Shown here in pieces: positions 19,243 through 28,658 of a DNA stretch of 40,775 bases. Made by a program: the position numbers and the translations under genes. Source of the DNA: Acidobacteriota bacterium (GTDB lineage: Bacteria; Acidobacteriota; Thermoanaerobaculia; UBA5066; Gp7-AA6); NCBI GenBank assembly GCA_040004225.1, contig JBDUBI010000087.1, positions 1 through 40,775 on the forward strand, given 5' to 3'. Below the pieces are notes generated by a model. The model did no database searches. It was not told the origin of the DNA and saw only the letters and a list, made by a program, of their open reading frames with translations. The stretch's first letter is position 1; each line of letters opens with the position of its first letter.

Positions 19243-20771
19243 TGCGTCCGGTCGTCCTCGTCATCTGCGACGGCTGGGGCGTGGCTCCGGCATCGCCCGG
19301 GAACGCGATCACGAGCGCGCAAACGCCCGTCTTCGACCGATGGCTCGCCGATTCGGCGGCGACCACTCTCGCCGCTTCGGGCGAAGCCGTCGGACTTCCC
19401 GCGGGACTGATGGGAAATTCGGAGGTGGGACATTTGAACCTGGGCGCGGGGCGCATGGTGCCCCAGGACCTGCTCCGCATCGATTTGAGCCTCCGCGACG
19501 ACTCGTTCTATTCGAATCCCGCTCTGCTCACCGCATTCGAGGGAGCGCGGGAGCGCGGCGCCGCACTCCACCTCATGGGATTGCTGTCCGACGGCGGGGT
19601 GCACTCGCACGTCCGCCATCTCGTCGGTCTCCTGGAGCTCGCCCGCCGGGCTTTAATTCCGAAGGTTTTCGTGCACGCTTTCACGGACGGCCGGGATACG
19701 CCTCCCCGATCCGCGCTCCGGTATGTCGACGAGCTCGAAGCCGTGCTGGCGCGGACCGGAGGAGCCATCGCCAGCCTCACCGGCCGCTATTACGCGATGG
19801 ACCGCGACCAGCGCTGGGACCGCGTCGCGCTCGCCTGGGCCGCCCTGCGCAACGGACAGGGACGCCGCGCCCCGACGGCTTGGGAGGCGATCGAGAGCGC
19901 CTACGCGCTCGGAGAAAGCGACGAATTTCTCCTTCCGACGATCATCGCCGCCGAGGGCGCCTCGCCGGCGACTCTCGCCGACGGAGACGCCGCGGTGTTC
20001 TTCAACTTCCGCGCGGACCGGGCGCGGCAGTTGACGCGAGTTCTTGCGGACCCCCGCTTCGATGGATTTTCGCGAGGAGCGCCTCCGTCCCTCGACCTCG
20101 TCACCTTCACCGAGTACAAAAAGGAATTCGGGCTCGCGGTCGCTTTTCCCCCGATCTTCCTGAGAAAGATCCTGGCGGAGGTCTGGGGCCAGAACCGCGT
20201 CGTCAATCTCCGGGTGGCCGAAACGGAGAAGTACGCGCACGTGACTTATTTTTTCAACGGGGGCGTCGAGGCCGCGTTTCCTGGGGAAGAGCGCGTCCTG
20301 GTCCCCTCGTGGCGCGGCGCCACGTACGACCTGCACCCGCAGATGAGCGCCGCTGAAATCACGGCGGAAGTCGTCGGCGCTCTGGAAGCCCGACGCGCCT
20401 CCGCGTACGTGGTGAATTACGCCAACGCCGACATGGTCGGGCACACCGGCAAAATCCCCGAGACGATCGCCGCGATCGAAAGTCTCGATGCGTGTTTCGC
20501 GAGACTCGACGTGGCCGCCGCGCGGGCCGGAGCAATCCTCGTCATGACTTCCGACCATGGAAACGCGGAGCAGATGCTCGACCCGGTCACGGGGCAGCCT
20601 CACACGGCTCACACGAGCAACCCGGTCCCCTTCCTCCTCCGAGGAGCGGCCGGCCGGCCGATATTGCGCGAAGGGGGCGCGCTCAGAGACGTCGCCCCGA
20701 CGCTCCTGGCACTCCAGGGCTTCCGTTCTCCGGCCGAAATGACGGGACGGAGCCTTCTGCTGGAGGATTAA
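19242..20771 (+). CDS. gpmI: 2,3-bisphosphoglycerate-independent phosphoglycerate mutase
   Basis: Motifs DGWG, MGNSEVGH, SDGGVHSH, DGRDT, GRYYAMDRD, AETEKYAHVT, DMVGHTG and SDHGNAE; TGATG overlap with GH57. Confidence 0.96.
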   Translation: MRPVVLVICDGWGVAPASPGNAITSAQTPVFDRWLADSAATTLAASGEAVGLPAGLMGNSEVGHLNLGAGRMVPQDLLRIDLSLRDDSFYSNPALLTAFEGARERGAALHLMGLLSDGGVHSHVRHLVGLLELARRALIPKVFVHAFTDGRDTPPRSALRYVDELEAVLARTGGAIASLTGRYYAMDRDQRWDRVALAWAALRNGQGRRAPTAWEAIESAYALGESDEFLLPTIIAAEGASPATLADGDAAVFFNFRADRARQLTRVLADPRFDGFSRGAPPSLDLVTFTEYKKEFGLAVAFPPIFLRKILAEVWGQNRVVNLRVAETEKYAHVTYFFNGGVEAAFPGEERVLVPSWRGATYDLHPQMSAAEITAEVVGALEARRASAYVVNYANADMVGHTGKIPETIAAIESLDACFARLDVAAARAGAILVMTSDHGNAEQMLDPVTGQPHTAHTSNPVPFLLRGAAGRPILREGGALRDVAPTLLALQGFRSPAEMTGRSLLLED

Positions 20772-20821
20772 CGGTTTCCGACGCTCTCCAACTGGTAGAG
20801 CCGCCGCGATTCCGGCATGTC

Positions 20822-22981
20822 TTACGGCGCAGTCGCCCGGCGCTCGCGAGATCCGGGAAAACGTCGGCCGGCGTCGGCGCGGGTCCGGGCGCCGGCGGCC
20901 CGGTCCCCCAAAATGTCGTACGTGCGCGCTGCGAGAAAGAACGCGTCGGAAGTGGCCGCGCGGGCGAGCAGGTCGCGAAGCGCTTTCTCCGCTTGAGGCC
21001 GCCGGCCTTCGCTGGCCTCGAGCAGGGAGAGGCCCGTGTATCCCCGCGGGTTCTGAGGGAAATCACGGATCTCCGACTGGAAAGCGGCGCGGGCCTCTTC
21101 GGTCCGACCGAGGCGCGCCAGCGCGTCGCCCGCCAGGAACGAGGCATCTTCGATCGGAGGCGCTTCCGGATCCAGGTCCCGCAGGCGGCCGAGCGCCGCC
21201 AGGACGCCCGGGAGATTTCCGGCCGAGAGCTCCACCCGTGCCAGAAGGAGAACCGGCGGGCGAGACTTCGGATGGTCTCGCATGGCCGTCTCGGCGTGGG
21301 CCCGTGCCTCCGGAAGCTCTCCCGCAACGAGGGCAATCGACCCTAGAACGAGGGCAGAGTCAGACGACCCCGCCGCCCGAGCGGCCTTCGCATACAGGCG
21401 CGCCTCCGGAAGGTCTCCGTTCTCGACGGCGAGATCGGCGAGCGCCAGAAGGACCGGCGGATTTCCGGGTTCCATCCGGTCGACTTCCAGAAGCGCCTGA
21501 TACGCCTCCCGAGTGCGTCCGGCCTGCCGCAGCGTGCGGGCCAGCGCCTGCCGCGCGTCGAGCATCCGCGGGTTCTCGCGCACCAGTTCCTCCAGGATCC
21601 CGATGGCCCGGTCCGCCCTCCCGGATTCCGCGAGCCCCCCCGCCTCTTTCAATTTCGAAACGAGCGCGATCCGGTCCTTGGGATCGGGCAGGACTCCCTC
21701 GGAAGCCGGGGCGCTGCCCGCGCCGAGATAGCCCAGGGAGGCGAGCTTCCGGACGGTCTCGGGATCCGACGCGCCCGGGGGCTCCAGCGGCCGAGACATC
21801 GCCAGCAGGGCCGCGCGCATCGATCGGAAGGCATCCGGAAGGGCTGGAGCGGCGTCCCGGCGCTCGCCCGGGTCGGAGGACCAGTCGTAGAGCTCCGGCC
21901 GCGGGGCGTGGATGTAGTGGTTCCGACCGTCCGTCAGGGAAGCCAGATCGCTCCACCCGAAGTGAAACCGGGGGAACATCGTCTCGCTGTAGATCCGGCG
22001 CGGCCCTTCCGTCGCTTTCCGGGGCGGCCAGATCGGGATGCCGGCCACCGGCGGGATTTCGATGCCCAGGGACGCGCAGATCGTGGGAAACACGTCGACC
22101 AGCGCCGCCGCCGCGGACACCCGCCGCCCGCCGTCCCGGCCCCCGGGGAGCTTTACGAGCAAAGGCACCCGGATGGACTCGGCGTAGAGAAAAATCCCGT
22201 GCTCGTCTTCCCCGTGGTCTCCGAGCCCCTCTCCGTGGTCCGAAAGGAGGACGATGAGAGCGCGGTCGTAGAGTCCCCGCGCCTTGAGAAACGAGAGGAA
22301 GCTCCCGACGACCGCGTCCGCCGCCGCCACCTCCCCGTCGTACGGGTGCGACCGGTATTTCGAGGCGAAAGGCTCCGGAGGCTCGTACGGGGAATGCGGC
22401 TCGTACAGGTGAAGAAACCCGAACAGGGGCTTTCCCGCCGGAGCGCCCGCGATCCACTCCTCGAGGCGCCGCTCGGTCCGCGCGCCCGGCCTCTGCACCT
22501 GGCCGACGGCCTGCCCGCTCTTTCGAACCTCGATGGCGTCGTCCCAGAAATCGAATCCCCGGGCGATCCCGCTGGCGTGATCGAGCACGATCGCGGAGAC
22601 CGCTCCGCCGGTCGCATACCCGTGCGACTTCAGGTGGCCGGCCACGGTCTTCGCGCCGCGCGGCAGCTGGTACCCGAGGTTGTCGCGAATCCCGTTGACG
22701 AAAGGAAGCTCGCCCGTGAAGATCGCGGCGTGCGAGGGCAACGTCAGAGGAACCTGCGCGATGGCCGTCTCGAAGACGATGCCCTCTTTCGCGAGCGTGT
22801 CGATGGCGGGCGTCTCGACGCCGCGGTATCCATACGCCGGGACGTGGTCCGACCGCAGAGTGTCGATGGAGATGACGAAAACAGGCGCCGCCGGAAACGT
22901 CGTCCGGCGGCACCCCGCAACGGACAGGGCGAGCGCCAGTGCCAGCCCCAGCGTCCCGCCGGAGGGACCGACCCGCTTCAC
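20822..22981 (-). CDS. Lipoprotein with a sulfatase-like alkaline-phosphatase-superfamily domain (Thr at the nucleophile position) and C-terminal TPR repeats
   Basis: Lipobox LSVAG-C; motifs ISIDTLRSD, PLTLPSH, HLYEPHSPY, SDHGE, HG and LASLGYL..DPKD, then helical TPR repeats. GTG 22981 overlaps the VWA TGA. Confidence 0.85.
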   Translation of the reverse strand: MKRVGPSGGTLGLALALALSVAGCRRTTFPAAPVFVISIDTLRSDHVPAYGYRGVETPAIDTLAKEGIVFETAIAQVPLTLPSHAAIFTGELPFVNGIRDNLGYQLPRGAKTVAGHLKSHGYATGGAVSAIVLDHASGIARGFDFWDDAIEVRKSGQAVGQVQRPGARTERRLEEWIAGAPAGKPLFGFLHLYEPHSPYEPPEPFASKYRSHPYDGEVAAADAVVGSFLSFLKARGLYDRALIVLLSDHGEGLGDHGEDEHGIFLYAESIRVPLLVKLPGGRDGGRRVSAAAALVDVFPTICASLGIEIPPVAGIPIWPPRKATEGPRRIYSETMFPRFHFGWSDLASLTDGRNHYIHAPRPELYDWSSDPGERRDAAPALPDAFRSMRAALLAMSRPLEPPGASDPETVRKLASLGYLGAGSAPASEGVLPDPKDRIALVSKLKEAGGLAESGRADRAIGILEELVRENPRMLDARQALARTLRQAGRTREAYQALLEVDRMEPGNPPVLLALADLAVENGDLPEARLYAKAARAAGSSDSALVLGSIALVAGELPEARAHAETAMRDHPKSRPPVLLLARVELSAGNLPGVLAALGRLRDLDPEAPPIEDASFLAGDALARLGRTEEARAAFQSEIRDFPQNPRGYTGLSLLEASEGRRPQAEKALRDLLARAATSDAFFLAARTYDILGDRAAGARTRADAGRRFPGSRERRATAP

Positions 22982-25134
22982 TTCACGTCGAAGGGGGACG
23001 AATTCTCGGCGGTTTTCCCGGCCTTCCCGTCGTCGAGCTTGACGTTCAAGGCATACCGGCCGGGATCGAGACCCCATGTCTTCACCTGGAGCAGGAGCTT
23101 TCGGGCGCCCGTGAGCTCCCGGTCGGAGGCTTTCAGAACCTTCAACTCGACTCTTCCGTGCGACTTGCCGTCGACCCCGATCGCGCGGCCCGTGTACTGA
23201 AGGTCCGAGGTCGGTGAAAAGTTGTAACCGATCATGCACACCTGCATGGGCTCACCGCTGCGGCTGGTTCCCGCGAGCGCGGTCGGGATGAAGGACTCGC
23301 CGGCGATCGAGAACGGATACTCGGCCGGCGTCGAGGAGACGCCGCGCGGCTTTGCCTTGACCATGAACCACTGCCGTCCTTCCTCGAGAAACAGAGGTGG
23401 CAGTGTAAACGCCGCGGAGGGGTCACTCGGGACCGTCAGCGCACTCACCGTGACGCCGAAGCGGTCCGTCTCCGCGTCCCGGACCAGAGTTCGAAGCATG
23501 TACTTGCCGGGGACCAGGGAAAGCTCTCCGTAGATCTTGAGGCCCCCATTTTGGAGAGTCCCCCGCACTCGCGTGAGGTCGAGACCGACGGGCTGAAAGA
23601 AAAAGTCCCGCGTCGTGCCCTTCGCGTCGATCGCATAGACGGTCACTTCGACGTTCATCCCCGGACCGTCGTGTTTCGCGAGCAGACGGTCGCCCGGAAT
23701 CTCCACGACGACAGGGACGCGTGCCGGCCCGTTTTTGTTGGGAAACGGCGCCGCGACGACCCACGCGGGCAGGTCGGACTTCGGGCTTGCCGAGGCGATC
23801 GCCGACGCCATCAGGAGCTTTCGCTCGATCGGTGTCATCTGCTGGTGGGTCTTCGGCTCGTAGTACCCGCTGCGGGCGGAAACGCGCCACGACCGGTTCT
23901 TGACCCTGACCTTCAGCGTGTGGAACTTCCCGTTCTCGGGAATCCGGACGGGTTGAAACGCGAGGAGATAGGCGAGACCGGTGCGGTCGAGGAGCTTCTC
24001 CAATCCCGGCCCGAGATCGTTGGTGTTCTTGAGGTATTCGCCGCCCGTCTGGTCCGCCATCGCGAAGAGAGAATCCTGCCCGTTGACGGAGACCTCCGTC
24101 CCGACCCCGCTCATCGACACGCCCGTGCGAAGGCCGCCGATATCGATTGCGTGGATGGTGCAGTCGGACCGGTTGAAAAGCGCGAGCGCCTTCGACATGC
24201 CCGTCTTCAAGTTTGTGTTCCCGAATCTGCTGTCGTTGTCCACCTTCCACGTCTGTCCGCGGATCCCCCACTCCGCTTCCTTGGCGCCGGCAGACGGCCC
24301 GGTCGAGCCCGAAAGCTCGCGGCTGTCGAATCCTTCCGAGAGGTACAGGACGTGCTTGCGCCCGGGCACGGCGTCGAGCGCGACCGCCAGCTTCGCGAAG
24401 GATTCGAGCATCCGCCCAACGCGATCGCGGTAAACGGCCCGCATACTCTTCTGAAACATCGTCTGCATGTTTTCGAGGGCCTCTCCGATCGCGACGTCGT
24501 TCGCCCCGCTGCCACCTTCCCCCGCCGTGGCGAAAGCGCCATCGCTCGTCTGGTTGGGAGCGGTCGCCAGTATCCCGCTCGGATCCGGTGATCGCTCCGC
24601 GAGGTTGGGCAGTCCGAGAGTGTCGATGGCGGCGGCGAGCTGGGTGCGGTCTCCCGTGAATGGCAGGACCAGCCGGATGCCCGTCTCGACGGAGTAAGTC
24701 GCGACACCGGCCGAGTCGAGGTCTTTCATTCGCGAGACGACGAAGTCGCGCGCCGACCGGCGCGCCAGAACGATCCCGCGCGGCGACGAGAAGGAAAGAT
24801 CGAATAGCAGCAGAAACCGCCGGCTCGCTGCGGGGTTGATCGGATTGTCACCGGAATCGGCGGCCGGCGAGGACTGGCGGGTATCGAGTACCTCGAAGCC
24901 CGTGACCGGCTGCAGTTTGCCGTCGTCGTAGACCTCGAAATCCTCCGCTTTGAGATTTTCGACGGGCCGGCCCTCCTTGTCGGTGACGTTGACCGGCACT
25001 TCCACGACCACGACGCGTGCCTCCTCCCGTACGGGAGCTCCTGGACGCGCCTTTTCGGCAGGAGACGCGCTCCCGGTCCGGCCGGCGAGAAGAAAAAAGA
25101 TGAGAATGACGGAGAGGAGGGAGTTCGTTCGCAT
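22978..25134 (-). CDS. Secreted VWA-domain protein (VWFA-related acidobacterial type)
   Basis: Signal peptide; VPVNVTDKEGRPVENLKAEDFEVYDDGK; MIDAS-like DLSFS; GRKHVLYLSEG; ADQTGG; Y.LAF.P...GKFHTLKVRV..ARSGY. AAGGAG SD before ATG 25134. Confidence 0.88.
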   Translation of the reverse strand: MRTNSLLSVILIFFLLAGRTGSASPAEKARPGAPVREEARVVVVEVPVNVTDKEGRPVENLKAEDFEVYDDGKLQPVTGFEVLDTRQSSPAADSGDNPINPAASRRFLLLFDLSFSSPRGIVLARRSARDFVVSRMKDLDSAGVATYSVETGIRLVLPFTGDRTQLAAAIDTLGLPNLAERSPDPSGILATAPNQTSDGAFATAGEGGSGANDVAIGEALENMQTMFQKSMRAVYRDRVGRMLESFAKLAVALDAVPGRKHVLYLSEGFDSRELSGSTGPSAGAKEAEWGIRGQTWKVDNDSRFGNTNLKTGMSKALALFNRSDCTIHAIDIGGLRTGVSMSGVGTEVSVNGQDSLFAMADQTGGEYLKNTNDLGPGLEKLLDRTGLAYLLAFQPVRIPENGKFHTLKVRVKNRSWRVSARSGYYEPKTHQQMTPIERKLLMASAIASASPKSDLPAWVVAAPFPNKNGPARVPVVVEIPGDRLLAKHDGPGMNVEVTVYAIDAKGTTRDFFFQPVGLDLTRVRGTLQNGGLKIYGELSLVPGKYMLRTLVRDAETDRFGVTVSALTVPSDPSAAFTLPPLFLEEGRQWFMVKAKPRGVSSTPAEYPFSIAGESFIPTALAGTSRSGEPMQVCMIGYNFSPTSDLQYTGRAIGVDGKSHGRVELKVLKASDRELTGARKLLLQVKTWGLDPGRYALNVKLDDGKAGKTAENSSPFDVK

Positions 25135-25293
25135 GCCCACTCCTTGGCTGATCTGCCTATCTTCCCCCCGGCTGTTGCGGGACGCAACCCGGAGCGGCCG
25201 TCGGCGGTCAATGGCATTTCCGATCATCGGCTCGTCCGGTCACCCGATCACCCCGGCGCCGGGAACACCTCGCCCGGGCACCGCGTGGCGGCC

Positions 25294-25327
25294 AAAAGAA
25301 AAACCCGGCGGGCCGCGGCCCGCCGGG
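25294..25327 (-). terminator. Intrinsic terminator after the TonB-dependent receptor gene
   Basis: Stem CCCGGCGGGC-CGCG-GCCCGCCGGG followed on the minus strand by TTTTTCTTTT. Confidence 0.85.
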
Positions 25328-25350
25328 CGAAAATTTCAAAACGGACGAGC

Positions 25351-28281
25351 CTAGAAGTTGAGTCGGCCCGAAAAACGCAGGATGCGGGGCGCCTGGGTCT
25401 CCGTGATCGTATTCGTCCCGGTCGACAGAGATCCCTGCTTGAGCCGCGCGTTGCGTTGAAGCACCGTGTTCAAGTTCAACACGTTGAAAAAGTCGACAGC
25501 GAGGCTCGCCGCGATGCTGCTGGTCAGCGGAATACTCTTCTCGAGCCGGAGGTCGAGTTGGGACACCCAGCCGTAACGGTCCGCGTCGATCGCGGTCACG
25601 TACGCGCGGCGCGACAACCTGTCGCGCGAGGCATTGTCGATGACGTAGTAGGCGATCGGGTAACCTTCCCTCCCGAAGTAGTTCGCGGCAATCGTGAACG
25701 CGAGCGGCAGCTGGTAAGCGCCGCTGACATTGAACGACCAGCGCGAATTGAGATTCACCTGGCCGAACGACCCGCTGCCGCCGCCGGCATTCGGAGCCAC
25801 GATCCCTCCGTCCTCACAGGCACCGGGCACGCTGTCTTCGCCCGAGCTGTACAGGCTGTTTGTCGGATCGACGCAGGCGCCGGGCCCGACCTTCTGCTTC
25901 GTGTTGTTATAGGCCAAATTGCCGCGCATCATCCAACCGCTCGAGAGACGCTTCGTGAACGTCAACTCCGCGCCGCTGTAGACCTGCGTGTAGTTGGGAC
26001 GGGCTGTGAAGTAGTTACCCGGGGGGACGGCTCCCTGAATAGCGAAGATCGGAACGGAAAATGGCGCGCCGTTCGGGAGCGTTCCCGTGTTGTTGTGGTC
26101 GAACGTGTAGGTCGGGGTCACGCCGCCGTTGGAGCGGTAGGAAAAATAGAAATCCTTGTAATGGCGATAGGTATACGCGCCGCCCACCGCGAAGTTGGGC
26201 ATCAGCTCGTGGTCGAAGCCGACGACGATTTCGTCGGTCTTCTGCGACTTCAAGTTCGGATTGATCGAATGGGGCGAGGTCGGCGAGCCCGGCGACGCGG
26301 GATTGAAGTTGAACGACTTGATGAGGCTCGACGTGTCGAGCTCGCCCGGGTCCACCCGATTGTTCCCGTTGGCGTCGGTCCACGGGTAGTAGGCGTACGC
26401 GATGCCCGGGATCGCCGAAAGCTGATTGACCGGGTAGGCGCCCAGCTGATTCGCATACCGCGCATAGGAGAAGCGGGCCAGGGTGCGCCGATTGGCGCCG
26501 AAGGCGTACGTGGCGCCGACCCTCGGTGAGAAATCCTTCCATTTGATGACGTCTTCCCGCGCCGGCGCGGAGGCGTCGGGAAGGATGTTGGGATAGAGGG
26601 GATTTGCCGGCGCGAAACTGGTCTGGACCGCGCCGGTCTGATAGTCGTAGCGCAGACCGAGAGACATGGTGAGCCGGTCTGCCGTGATCGTGTCGCTCAA
26701 GTAGCCGCTGTAGTACTTGACGTCCACCCGGCGGTTCGACCTGCGGGTGATCGCCGCGCAATCCACGTTACACGCGCCGCTTCCCGAAGTGCCGGGGCGC
26801 GGGCCCTGGAAAGCGACGACCTCGCCTCCGGGCCAGAAGGCCTCGTTGCGAACCGGAGCATCGCGGTAGCTGAAGCCGCCCTTGATCTCGTGGCCGAGGG
26901 AGCCCGTGTTGAAGAAGTAATTCGCGGAAGCCAGCGCCTGGTGCTGCGGCCGCCCGAAAACATTCTGCAAGAAGCTGTTGTGCCAGATCGCGTTGGTGTC
27001 CTGAAACACCTGTGGTCCCGTGCCGCCGGTGCCCAGGAGTTTGAAGCCCTCGTCCATGTACGAATAGAACGCGTCCGCCACGAAGCTCGGCGAGAAGACG
27101 TGGTTGTCTTCGATCTTCGTCAGAGTCGTCGGGCCGGTCTGGTTGTAAGTCGTCTCCGGGGGCCGGTCCACGGCGGCGTTGCGGCCCTGCTTGCGTTTGT
27201 CGCCGCGGAGATAGAAGACGGTGATCGCGTTCGAGTCGAGGGCCTGGACGTTCAATTTACCGTTGATGTCCTCGAGGGTCGTCCGATCCGGGTAGCCGAA
27301 GACCGTCAGGAGGTCGATCTGCTGACGGCCGTAGGAGCCCCACAGCCACACCCGGTCTTTAACAACCGGTCCGCCGATCTCGAGACCGTAGTCCTGGATC
27401 CCCGTGATCTTGTTTCCCACGAAATTGCCGCCGGTCGTGCCCGCGGCCGCCTGGTTGCGCTCCTCCTGGGTGAAGGTGGGCTTGGCCTGAAAGGCCGGAT
27501 CCGTAATGAACGTGCGGGCGGACCCATGGACGTCGTTGGTGCCCCGCTTGGTCACCATGTTGAGCGTCACCCCTGCGGTCGCGATCGAGGGATCGCTGCC
27601 GCCCGTCACAGCCTGAAGCTCCTGAAAGGAGTCGAAGTCCCAGTAAGTGGGCGACGAAGCGCCCGAGGCCATGTCGGACACCGTCACGCCGTCGAGGTTC
27701 CAGGTGCCCTGGGTCGTTTGCGCCCCCTTGGCCATGAAGACGGCTTGCTGGCCGCTCTGGTTGCCCCCGACATTGATGCGGTCCATCTGGACGCCGGGAA
27801 CCGTCTGCATCACGACCCAGGGGTCGCGGGCGGACGGGATCGCGTCCATTTCGGCTCGCGTGATGACGGCGCCCGTTCCGACCTTTCGGGTATCGAGCAA
27901 CGGGGCTTCTCCGCTGACTGTGACGGTCGCCTCGACCTTGGAGAGCTTCATCGCGACCCGGACGTCTGTATTGTTGCCGAGAGTGACCGCGACGCTCTTG
28001 CGTTCGACAGCCGAGAACCCCGACATGTCAAACCGCATCGAATAGCTGTCGCCGGGTGCGAGGTTCAAGAATCGAAAATCGCCCCGCGAGTCGCTCGTGA
28101 ACGTTTGGGGAGCTCCGAAACCCGTCAGCGTCACTGAGACTCCCGGGAGCGCGCTTCCATCTTCCGCGACCACCCGCCCGTAGATGTTCCCGCTTCGGGC
28201 CTGCCCGAAGGCGGACCCCGCCGCCGCGAGAATCGTTAAGGCGAGTGAGAACACGAGACGCGAAATCCTGGTTTCCTTCAT
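25351..28281 (-). CDS. Oar-like TonB-dependent outer-membrane receptor with an N-terminal carboxypeptidase-regulatory-like domain
   Basis: Signal peptide; GRVVAEDGSALPGVSVT..GDFRFLNL; plug motif GVTLNMVTKRGTND; FSPRVG; C-terminal PRILRFSGRLNF ending in Phe. AAGGAGG SD before ATG 28281. Confidence 0.9.
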   Translation of the reverse strand: MKETRISRLVFSLALTILAAAGSAFGQARSGNIYGRVVAEDGSALPGVSVTLTGFGAPQTFTSDSRGDFRFLNLAPGDSYSMRFDMSGFSAVERKSVAVTLGNNTDVRVAMKLSKVEATVTVSGEAPLLDTRKVGTGAVITRAEMDAIPSARDPWVVMQTVPGVQMDRINVGGNQSGQQAVFMAKGAQTTQGTWNLDGVTVSDMASGASSPTYWDFDSFQELQAVTGGSDPSIATAGVTLNMVTKRGTNDVHGSARTFITDPAFQAKPTFTQEERNQAAAGTTGGNFVGNKITGIQDYGLEIGGPVVKDRVWLWGSYGRQQIDLLTVFGYPDRTTLEDINGKLNVQALDSNAITVFYLRGDKRKQGRNAAVDRPPETTYNQTGPTTLTKIEDNHVFSPSFVADAFYSYMDEGFKLLGTGGTGPQVFQDTNAIWHNSFLQNVFGRPQHQALASANYFFNTGSLGHEIKGGFSYRDAPVRNEAFWPGGEVVAFQGPRPGTSGSGACNVDCAAITRRSNRRVDVKYYSGYLSDTITADRLTMSLGLRYDYQTGAVQTSFAPANPLYPNILPDASAPAREDVIKWKDFSPRVGATYAFGANRRTLARFSYARYANQLGAYPVNQLSAIPGIAYAYYPWTDANGNNRVDPGELDTSSLIKSFNFNPASPGSPTSPHSINPNLKSQKTDEIVVGFDHELMPNFAVGGAYTYRHYKDFYFSYRSNGGVTPTYTFDHNNTGTLPNGAPFSVPIFAIQGAVPPGNYFTARPNYTQVYSGAELTFTKRLSSGWMMRGNLAYNNTKQKVGPGACVDPTNSLYSSGEDSVPGACEDGGIVAPNAGGGSGSFGQVNLNSRWSFNVSGAYQLPLAFTIAANYFGREGYPIAYYVIDNASRDRLSRRAYVTAIDADRYGWVSQLDLRLEKSIPLTSSIAASLAVDFFNVLNLNTVLQRNARLKQGSLSTGTNTITETQAPRILRFSGRLNF

Positions 28282-28410
28282 GAATCTGCCTCCTTCCCGC
28301 CCGCCGAACGGACGGCCTTCGACCACACACGTTTCCTGAGGGAATCGAGTTCCCGGAGCCCACCCACATCGGACCTGAGTCATGAGTTCAGAAATTTCAG
28401 AACGAGAATG

Positions 28411-28426
28411 AGCAAAATAGACGCCA
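28411..28426 (-). promoter_or_regulatory. Putative sigma54 (-24/-12) promoter of the TBDR gene
   Basis: Minus strand TGGCGTCTATTTTGCT has GG-N10-GC spacing and matches TGGCAC-N5-TTGC(A/T). Confidence 0.65.
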
Positions 28427-28497
28427 TCTGGGTCTTCCACGCAAGTTGTTGAACCGTCGCCCTTTATGGCAGACGACAAACCGCCCGGTGGAATTTC

Positions 28498-28521
28498 GAT
28501 TCAAAGTTTTGAACTTGAATC
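28498..28521. promoter_or_regulatory. Nested inverted repeats, candidate enhancer-binding-protein site
   Basis: GATTCAA-N10-TTGAATC (28498-28521) and TTCAAA-GT-TTTGAA (28500-28513) in AT-rich DNA, 70-95 bp upstream of the sigma54 motif. Confidence 0.4.
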
Positions 28522-28658
28522 CAAATTGCCCGTGTTCAATGGGAAAAAGCGATCCCGTTTCCGGGTTTCCGGCGCCTAAAGTTCCGGCGGACACGAGCTT
28601 TATTGAGGCCCCGCCTTCGGGCGTCGAGGCCAGCGGCACCGTCTGCTACGATCCCCCT

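Noticed and set aside
28386-28403. Possible LexA box near the TBDR promoter
   Set aside because: It matches neither the GTTC-N7-GTTC nor the GAAC-N4-GTTC pattern; kept only as an unspecified near-palindrome.
28441-28456. Second sigma54-like motif CGGTTCAACAACTTGC on the minus strand
   Set aside because: GG-to-GC spacing is 11 nt rather than the strict 10; the motif at 28411-28426 fits properly.
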